DNA of 64,000 bases from an uncultured Nitrospira sp. GTDB taxonomy: Bacteria; Nitrospirota; Nitrospiria; Nitrospirales; Nitrospiraceae. Shown piece by piece: positions 58,033-64,000 of the stretch. How positions within the stretch are numbered: position 1 is the first letter of the stretch; the number at the start of each line of letters is the position of its first letter. The stretch spans positions 5,646 to 69,645 of the forward strand of contig CAYSFU010000009.1 in the NCBI GenBank assembly GCA_964430555.1. Direction: 5' to 3'. Below the pieces are notes generated by a model. It searched no databases. It saw only the letters and a program-made list of their open reading frames with translations, and had not been told where the DNA came from. The position numbers and the translations under genes are program-made.

Positions 58033-59631
58033 CTAGGACAGGTTTGCGACTTTGACCGAGAGAATGTTTGCGCTTGCACGAATGTCGTTCAATGCTGCCG
58101 CAGGGAATTCCGTATCGGACCCAATGATCAGGAGCGCATCGCCTCCGCGTTTTTCAAGCGCACACTGCATGCGAAGAATATTGATGGCCAGATCACCAAG
58201 GACGTTCCCCACCATCCCGATAACCCCTGGGCGGTCCACATTGTGAATGAGCAGCATATGTCCTTCGGGGACGACTTCGACTTTGAACCGGTCGATCTCC
58301 GTCACCCTGGCGTCCTTCTTGTGGTATAGCGTACCTGCGACCTGGTGTGATGTTTTTCCAGCCTCGACACGAACACGAATCAGACTCGTGAAATCTCCGG
58401 CATCCGTGCTTTTCACTTCTTTCACTTCGATGCCGCGTTCTTTCGCGACGATGGGAGCATTTACATAATTCACCGGATGCTCCATGATGGGATTCAGCAA
58501 GCCTTTCAGAACGGCGATGGTCAACGGCGCGACTGAAAGACCGGCAACCTCACCACTATACTCCACCGTCACACGTTCGATCCCGGCTTGTACTAACTGA
58601 GTCTGAAGGGAACCAAGTTTTTCCGCCAATGTGAGGAAGGGTTGCAGGCGAGGCAGCAGTTCTGGTGCGACAGAGGGGATATTGACGGCCCCTTTTGCCA
58701 CGCCCTTGGTGAAATAATCGACAATCTGCTCAGCGATCCCGATGGCGACGTTTTCTTGCGCCTCCGTGGTTTGGGCTCCGATATGCGGCGTGCAAATAAA
58801 ATTATCCAATGCCAGGAGTGGGTTGTCGGGTTTCACGGGCTCTTCTTCAAACACATCGAAGGCGGCAGCAGCGACTCGTTTAGTCTTCAACGCGTCGCAC
58901 AAATCCTGTTCGTTGATGATTCCGCCGCGCGCGCAGTTGACGATGAGGACTCCAGGCTTCATCTTTGCGATGGCGTGGGCGTTGATGATCCCTTTGGTTT
59001 CCGGAGTCAGCGGGGTATGAACGGAAATGATGTCCGCTCGCCTGAACAGCTCATCAAGATCCAGCATGGTCACGCCCATCCGCTCGGCTCGCTCAGGCGT
59101 CAAGTAGGGATCAAATGCGACGACGCTCATCCCGATTCCCTGCGCCATCTTGGTCAAGTGGCTGCCGATTTGCCCAGCACCGATGATGCCGAGCACTTTG
59201 TTGTAGAGCTCGACGCCCATGAATTTATCTTTTTCCCACTTGCCGGACTTGACCGAGGCGGTGGCTTGGGGAATGCGTCGGCTCATGGCGCAGATCATGG
59301 ACAGCGTATGCTCGGCAGTCGTCACGGTGTTGCCGCCCGGGGTATTCATCACGACAATGCCGCGACGGGTTGCCGCAGGTGTGTCGACATTATCAAGGCC
59401 GGATCCCGCCCGTCCGACCACCTTGAGTTTCTCGGCTGCAGCGAGCAGTTCCTCGGTCACCTTGGTGCCGGATCGCACGATCAGTCCATCGGCGTCCTTG
59501 ATTTCCTTGAACAACTCATCCTTCGGCATCTTGGACTTCACCACCACGGTGAATCCCGCGTTTTCCAAGGCTGCGACCCCCTGCTTCGACAAACTATCGC
59601 TGATCAGAATTTTCATTCCTGCTACGGACAT
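58033..59631 (-). CDS. serA: D-3-phosphoglycerate dehydrogenase (long form with ACT domain)
   Basis: VRSGTKV, GRAGSGLDNVD, GAGQIG, NCARGG, TPHIGAQT, DRPGVIG. Confidence 0.96.
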   Translation of the reverse strand: MSVAGMKILISDSLSKQGVAALENAGFTVVVKSKMPKDELFKEIKDADGLIVRSGTKVTEELLAAAEKLKVVGRAGSGLDNVDTPAATRRGIVVMNTPGGNTVTTAEHTLSMICAMSRRIPQATASVKSGKWEKDKFMGVELYNKVLGIIGAGQIGSHLTKMAQGIGMSVVAFDPYLTPERAERMGVTMLDLDELFRRADIISVHTPLTPETKGIINAHAIAKMKPGVLIVNCARGGIINEQDLCDALKTKRVAAAAFDVFEEEPVKPDNPLLALDNFICTPHIGAQTTEAQENVAIGIAEQIVDYFTKGVAKGAVNIPSVAPELLPRLQPFLTLAEKLGSLQTQLVQAGIERVTVEYSGEVAGLSVAPLTIAVLKGLLNPIMEHPVNYVNAPIVAKERGIEVKEVKSTDAGDFTSLIRVRVEAGKTSHQVAGTLYHKKDARVTEIDRFKVEVVPEGHMLLIHNVDRPGVIGMVGNVLGDLAINILRMQCALEKRGGDALLIIGSDTEFPAAALNDIRASANILSVKVANLS

Positions 59632-59647
59632 GTCATTCCTCACGTGG

Positions 59648-60790
59648 TTACTTCACCATCAAGAGTTCTTGCGCTTTTCCAACTCCACTGCCTAGCTTGA
59701 CGGAATGGCCAAGCCCTTTCAGGACCATTTCGGTTGCAGCCAATGCGGCAATGACATCGAATGAATCCGCGTACCCCATGTGCGAGAGACGGAAAATTTT
59801 CCCCTTGAGGTGATCCTGTCCGCCCGCTGCGGTCATGCCGTACTTTACGCGAAGATTCTTGTAAATGGCCTGACCATCAATACCATCCGGAGCACACACT
59901 GCCGTGAGGGCATCGCTTGGAGATTCCTTGGGAAACAGGGCCATGCCGGCCGCTTTCACACCTTCTCGCATGGCATGAGCCAACCGTCCCTGTCGAGCAA
60001 ACATCTGCTCCAGTCCCTCCGCCCGCATGATCTTGAGGGCTTCCTGAAGTCCAATGATGAGTGAGACTGTCGGGGTAAACAACGTTTGATTCTTGGCCTG
60101 ATTTTCCCGCTCCTTCTTGAAGTTAAAGTAAAAGGCTGCATTCGTCGCTTTGTCGGCCAAGGCCCAGGCCTTGGGACTGACACTCACGAATGCCATACCG
60201 GGAGGCAGCATCAAGGCCTTTTGAGAACCGGTGATGACGACATCCAGTCCCCATGCGTCCGTCTTAATATCGAAGACGCCAAGAGCCGTAATAGCATCGA
60301 CCACCAAAATGGTGTTCTCGTACCCTTTGACAATCTCCCCCACCACCTTGACGTCATGCGATACTCCGGTGGACGTCTCACTCGCCTGCATATAGACAGC
60401 CTTGATCGAAGGATCTTTTTTTAGGGCATCGGCGATCTGTTGGGGATCGATCGCACGGCCCCACTCGACCTTGATTTCCGTTGATTGGACGCCGAAGGTT
60501 TTACACAGCTTGCCCCATCGTTCGCCGAATTTTCCGGCGTTCACATACAAGGCTTTATCTCCGGGCGACAAAAAGTTTGACACAGAGCCTTCCATCCCAC
60601 CGGTTCCGGATGCAGCCAACATCAGGACATCATTTTGTGTCTGAAACAGCCACTTCAGTCCCTCGCGTACCTCGGCAAATATCGGGTCGAATTCGGGGGC
60701 GCGATGATGGATCATTGGGCGAGCCATGGCCAGCAACACTTCCGGGGGGACGGGCGTTGGGCCAGGAGCCAAGAGATAGCGCTTCAGCAT
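59648..60790 (-). CDS. Class V PLP aminotransferase (serine/alanine-glyoxylate type; likely SerC function)
   Basis: APGPTPVP, SGTGGME, ETSTGV, VDAI, GSQKALMLPPG; adjacent to serA. Confidence 0.9.
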   Translation of the reverse strand: MLKRYLLAPGPTPVPPEVLLAMARPMIHHRAPEFDPIFAEVREGLKWLFQTQNDVLMLAASGTGGMEGSVSNFLSPGDKALYVNAGKFGERWGKLCKTFGVQSTEIKVEWGRAIDPQQIADALKKDPSIKAVYMQASETSTGVSHDVKVVGEIVKGYENTILVVDAITALGVFDIKTDAWGLDVVITGSQKALMLPPGMAFVSVSPKAWALADKATNAAFYFNFKKERENQAKNQTLFTPTVSLIIGLQEALKIMRAEGLEQMFARQGRLAHAMREGVKAAGMALFPKESPSDALTAVCAPDGIDGQAIYKNLRVKYGMTAAGGQDHLKGKIFRLSHMGYADSFDVIAALAATEMVLKGLGHSVKLGSGVGKAQELLMVK

Positions 60791-60854
60791 CGATCAATAC
60801 CTCCTCACAAAATAACAATGTAAATTCGGTAGGATAGCCGTTTGGAGAGGCCGT

Positions 60855-60884
60855 ACGCTACCATTTGACCTGGGAGCCTGTCAA
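60855..60884 (-). promoter_or_regulatory. Probable sigma70 promoter of aminotransferase-serA-hisZ-dnaB
   Basis: TTGACA-18nt-TAGCGT with TGn extension. Confidence 0.45.
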
Positions 60885-61062
60885 GGAATGGAACGACAGA
60901 ATTGCATGATGAGTTATGTGATTCAGTCAGCGTCGGAGTCGTAGCTGATGGGTGTTCTGAGGACTTTGCACGAATGGTACAGAAATTGATAGGCCTTGCA
61001 AGTCAACTTTGATCGGCGATGATAAAAAGATGATAAAAAATGGATATCTGGATGGGGATTCC

Positions 61063-61091
61063 TTGACAAGTCTGCCGAGGATCGATACGCT
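61063..61091 (+). promoter_or_regulatory. sigma70 promoter of mltD
   Basis: TTGACA-17nt-TACGCT; GATGATAAAAA tandem repeat at 61018-61039. Confidence 0.55.
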
Positions 61092-61099
61092 CTCTTCGT

Positions 61100-62452
61100 A
61101 TGGTGTCGTTTATGGTGATGTGTGTCAGGAGATGGCAACGGACTGCCGGAATTGCGGCTGCATGTGTTGTCGGCTCGGTGCTCCTTCTGTTCCCCTGTCG
61201 CGGTTTCGCGCAAGACGCGATTGCAGAAAACCAACCTTCTCCCTCGCCGTCTCCTGCTGCTGAAGAAACAGTATTGACTACTCAGGAAACGGTCCTTGAA
61301 GGGATTGATTCCGCACAAGAAAGTAGTGACGATCTGGATCCCAACTTGATTCTCTTGGAGCCTGAGCTGACCGCGTCACCGCCGGACCTTCCCGTCGGCG
61401 ACATTTCTGTGGAGACGCCTTCGGTCGAGCCTGCGGCAAGCACGGCATTATCTGAGCCTCAGGAGACGCTCTACAACATTCCAGTCGTGATGGACCAGAC
61501 GGTGCAAGGTCACATCCGTTTTTTTAATACTTCTATTCGGGATCGATTCGAACAGTGGCTGACGCGGTTCAATCGCTACCGTCCGCTGGTTGAGAACATC
61601 TTTTCTGAATTCAACCTTCCGAGCGATCTCGTGCATTTGTCATTGGTTGAAAGCGGGTTCAATCCGTACGCGTATTCGCGAGCCAAGGCGACGGGTCCAT
61701 GGCAGTTTATGAAAGGAACCGGAAAGCTGTACGGATTACGTATCGATAACTATGTTGATGAACGACGAGATCCGTTAAAGTCGACGGTGGCGGCAGCTCG
61801 ATATCTCAGAGACTTATATGATATTTTCGGAACCTGGCCTTTGGCCATGGCCGCCTATAATGCGGGAGAAGGAAAGGTGTTGCGCGCGCTGCACAAGGCG
61901 CAGGCCGAATCATTTTCTGAAATCTCCCGAACGAAGTTGATTCGACTGGAAACGAAGCAATATGTGCCTCGCATTATGGCCGCCACGATCATTGCCAGGA
62001 ATCCGGATCAGTATGGGTTCACTCAAGACCCGGTTTCTCCGCATGAGTTTGAGGAGGTCATTGTCACTCGCCCGTTGCACTTCCGAGCCATTGCCAATGT
62101 GACCGGCATTTCGTACAACGATCTCCGGCTCTTGAATCCCGAACTTCGGCGAGATGCCACACCGCCGGATGAGGTCGGCTACCATCTGAAGGTTCCTGTC
62201 GGGACGAGTTCTAAAGTGTTGGACCTACTTGAACGAGTTCCTACACACAAATTTCCTTCCATGAAAATGATGGTGGACCGAGAAGTCTCACGTTCCAAGG
62301 CGAAGGCGTCACGCTGGTATCGAGTTCGAGTAGGCGATACCCTTCAAAAAATCTCACGAAGGTTCGGCATTCCCATTAAGACCATCAAGTCCCGCAACAA
62401 TATTTCAGGCCCGATCATTCGAGCCGGTGAACTGCTGAATCTCGCCCGGTAG
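61100..62452 (+). CDS. mltD: MltD-type lytic transglycosylase with LysM
   Basis: VESGFNP, ATGPWQFM, DERRDP, AAYNAGEG, ETKQYVP; C-terminal LysM. Confidence 0.9.
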   Translation: MVSFMVMCVRRWQRTAGIAAACVVGSVLLLFPCRGFAQDAIAENQPSPSPSPAAEETVLTTQETVLEGIDSAQESSDDLDPNLILLEPELTASPPDLPVGDISVETPSVEPAASTALSEPQETLYNIPVVMDQTVQGHIRFFNTSIRDRFEQWLTRFNRYRPLVENIFSEFNLPSDLVHLSLVESGFNPYAYSRAKATGPWQFMKGTGKLYGLRIDNYVDERRDPLKSTVAAARYLRDLYDIFGTWPLAMAAYNAGEGKVLRALHKAQAESFSEISRTKLIRLETKQYVPRIMAATIIARNPDQYGFTQDPVSPHEFEEVIVTRPLHFRAIANVTGISYNDLRLLNPELRRDATPPDEVGYHLKVPVGTSSKVLDLLERVPTHKFPSMKMMVDREVSRSKAKASRWYRVRVGDTLQKISRRFGIPIKTIKSRNNISGPIIRAGELLNLAR

Positions 62453-62510
62453 CAGCGGACGGAACCCTGAAAAGATCCGCGCCCACTGCCTGTCGTTCAA
62501 AGGAAATAAC

Positions 62511-63278
62511 TTACGGTTTGGAAGGGGTTGATGCAGCTGGTGCCGTAGCGGCCGGAGCAGGCTCTGGGTTTTTCTTGGCTTCAATGACCTTCACTCGTAC
62601 TGCAGCCTCACTTGTGAGTGGGGATTTGGGGTACGTTTTCATGAGCTCTTGGTAATGCTTCAAGGCCTCGTCACTCTTTGATCCGTTTTCTTCAAGTCGA
62701 GCAATCTCAAATAGCGCATAGTCTCGGTTCATCGCCCCAGACATGTCGAGTATCGAGGCATAGGCTTTTGATGCCTGATCGCGATCTCCTTTTAACAGGT
62801 AGGCATACCCCAATTTTTGGTACACCAGGCCGAGGAGTGACGTGTTGGATCCATAGGTAGAGGTAAATCGTTTGTAGGCATCGATCGCCGAGTCCACGTC
62901 ATTTGATTGCAGGAACGCATTCCCGAGGCTGAATTGTACGAGCGGGGCTGTCGGAGTACGTGGATACTCATCGAGTACCCGCGTATACAAGGCAATAGCC
63001 TCTTTGAGATTACTGGCCGTTTTTTGCGAATCATTGGTGGGTCGTGTAAATAGGAGAAGTGTCGCTTCCCGCTCAAGCTCTTGGGCCTTACTGGCGTTTT
63101 GGTCCTCGTACCAGAAGAGTCCCCAAAGACCGATCCCCATCACGAGCAGGAGCACAAATCCGGCAAGCAATGACCATCGATAGCTCCTGAGCCCGATCAC
63201 CCAGTGCTCCAGTCCACTTACGAGCTGTTCTTCACCAACCGGCAAGGTGCGAGGCGGAACTTTTATTCGGTACGTCAT
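62511..63278 (-). CDS. Membrane-anchored TPR protein (YfgM-like)
   Basis: Single TM, TPR-like repeats (EYPRTP, TYPKSP), Pro/Ala tail. Confidence 0.8.
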   Translation of the reverse strand: MTYRIKVPPRTLPVGEEQLVSGLEHWVIGLRSYRWSLLAGFVLLLVMGIGLWGLFWYEDQNASKAQELEREATLLLFTRPTNDSQKTASNLKEAIALYTRVLDEYPRTPTAPLVQFSLGNAFLQSNDVDSAIDAYKRFTSTYGSNTSLLGLVYQKLGYAYLLKGDRDQASKAYASILDMSGAMNRDYALFEIARLEENGSKSDEALKHYQELMKTYPKSPLTSEAAVRVKVIEAKKNPEPAPAATAPAASTPSKP

Positions 63279-63336
63279 CGGACCCCACGTGCTCCTTATG
63301 CGAATCAAGACTGGCTTTCTGTCGTAGAACCGTTGT

Positions 63337-63366
63337 TTTATACTGAACGATAGCGCACCTTGTCAA
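63337..63366 (-). promoter_or_regulatory. sigma70 promoter of TPR gene
   Basis: TTGACA-18nt-TATAAA. Confidence 0.45.
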
Positions 63367-63428
63367 TGTAATCGGAATGCAGAAGAAGAGGCACGCCGTT
63401 TCGGTGATCGCAGCATCGGAGAGTCAAC

Positions 63429-64000
63429 GTGTCGACGAGTCATTTTCGCGCCATCCTCCAACAACTTACCGGTCAGTCGTTAAGACGCTCGTTGTCACCA
63501 TTGGAGTCTGCAACAGGACCGATCGTGCGCCATGCCGGACGTCCGGTGATCTTACTGTCGTCCAACGATTACCTGGGTCTCGCTACACATCCCACGATCG
63601 TGCAGGCGGCCATCGAGGCGACAGAACGATATGGAACAGGATCGGGTGCCTCTCGACTGGTCAGTGGTTCGCTTCCTCCTCACGCCGGTCTTGAAGCAGC
63701 GCTGGCGAGGTTCAAACAGACAGACGCATCGTTGGTGTTCGGGGCCGGGTATCTTGCCAACGTAGGAGTCATCCCAAATCTTATCGGGCGTGGTGACCGT
63801 ATTTTGGCTGACCGCTTGTGCCATGCCAGTCTGATCGATGGCTGTCGATTGAGCCGTGCTGATTTCCGGGTATTTCGGCATGGCGATTGTTCGCATCTGG
63901 AAGCACTTCTTCGACGACAGGCCGGCACTCGCCGCACTCTTATCATTACGGACGGTCTATTCAGTATGGATGGGGACCTTGCACCGCTGGACGATCTCAT
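63429..64000 (+). CDS. bioF: 8-amino-7-oxononanoate synthase (5' part, runs off window; absent from ORF track)
   Basis: GTG start; SSNDYLGLATHP, GTGSGASRLVSG, DRLCHASLIDG, DGLFSMDGDLAPL. Confidence 0.93.
   Translation, partial: MSTSHFRAILQQLTGQSLRRSLSPLESATGPIVRHAGRPVILLSSNDYLGLATHPTIVQAAIEATERYGTGSGASRLVSGSLPPHAGLEAALARFKQTDASLVFGAGYLANVGVIPNLIGRGDRILADRLCHASLIDGCRLSRADFRVFRHGDCSHLEALLRRQAGTRRTLIITDGLFSMDGDLAPLDDL

Noticed and set aside
58642..59700. Long antisense ORFs (352 aa here; also 1605-2345, 2673-3437, 14947-15690, 53530-54252)
   Set aside because: Shadow frames opposite well-supported genes in GC-rich DNA
1..64000. CRISPR arrays, tRNA/rRNA genes, transposases, prophage or defence genes
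   Set aside because: None recognised by eye; intergenic gaps are short and show no repeat-spacer or cloverleaf patterns

Overview
Bacterial chromosomal segment, most likely from a Nitrospira-like organism (inferred from protein families, gene order and a characteristic intergenic palindrome; not verified by search). The left ~18 kb is housekeeping: purH-purD, rsmD-coaD-aspC, radC, a degenerate EF-G paralog, DegP, TtuA-like, DnaJ/CbpA, Spy/CpxP-like and ilvD. The right ~11 kb is also housekeeping: a TPR lipoprotein, dnaB, hisZ, serA, a class V aminotransferase, mltD, a TPR protein and truncated bioF. Between them is a ~35 kb co-oriented minus-strand island (53004 to 18045). It starts with a type IVa pilin behind a sigma54-type promoter, followed by an O-antigen-ligase/O-oligosaccharyltransferase-TPR protein (with a G9 tract), a TPR protein with a pseudopilin-like tail and a PilH/PilI-like ABC pair. 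It continues with Wzm/Wzt, about 15 glycosyltransferases (GT2, GT4, GT9, GT10, CgeB-like), 8 methyltransferase domains, an AsnB-type amidotransferase, a WecA initiator and a UGM-like flavoprotein. This island is the best candidate for an undescribed system: pilus-linked synthesis, ABC export and transfer of a heavily methylated glycan. Also found: an uncalled 57-aa zinc-ribbon gene behind a sigma54-type promoter facing an orphan consensus sigma70 promoter, and two probably leaderless genes. No rRNA, tRNA, CRISPR array or transposase was recognised.
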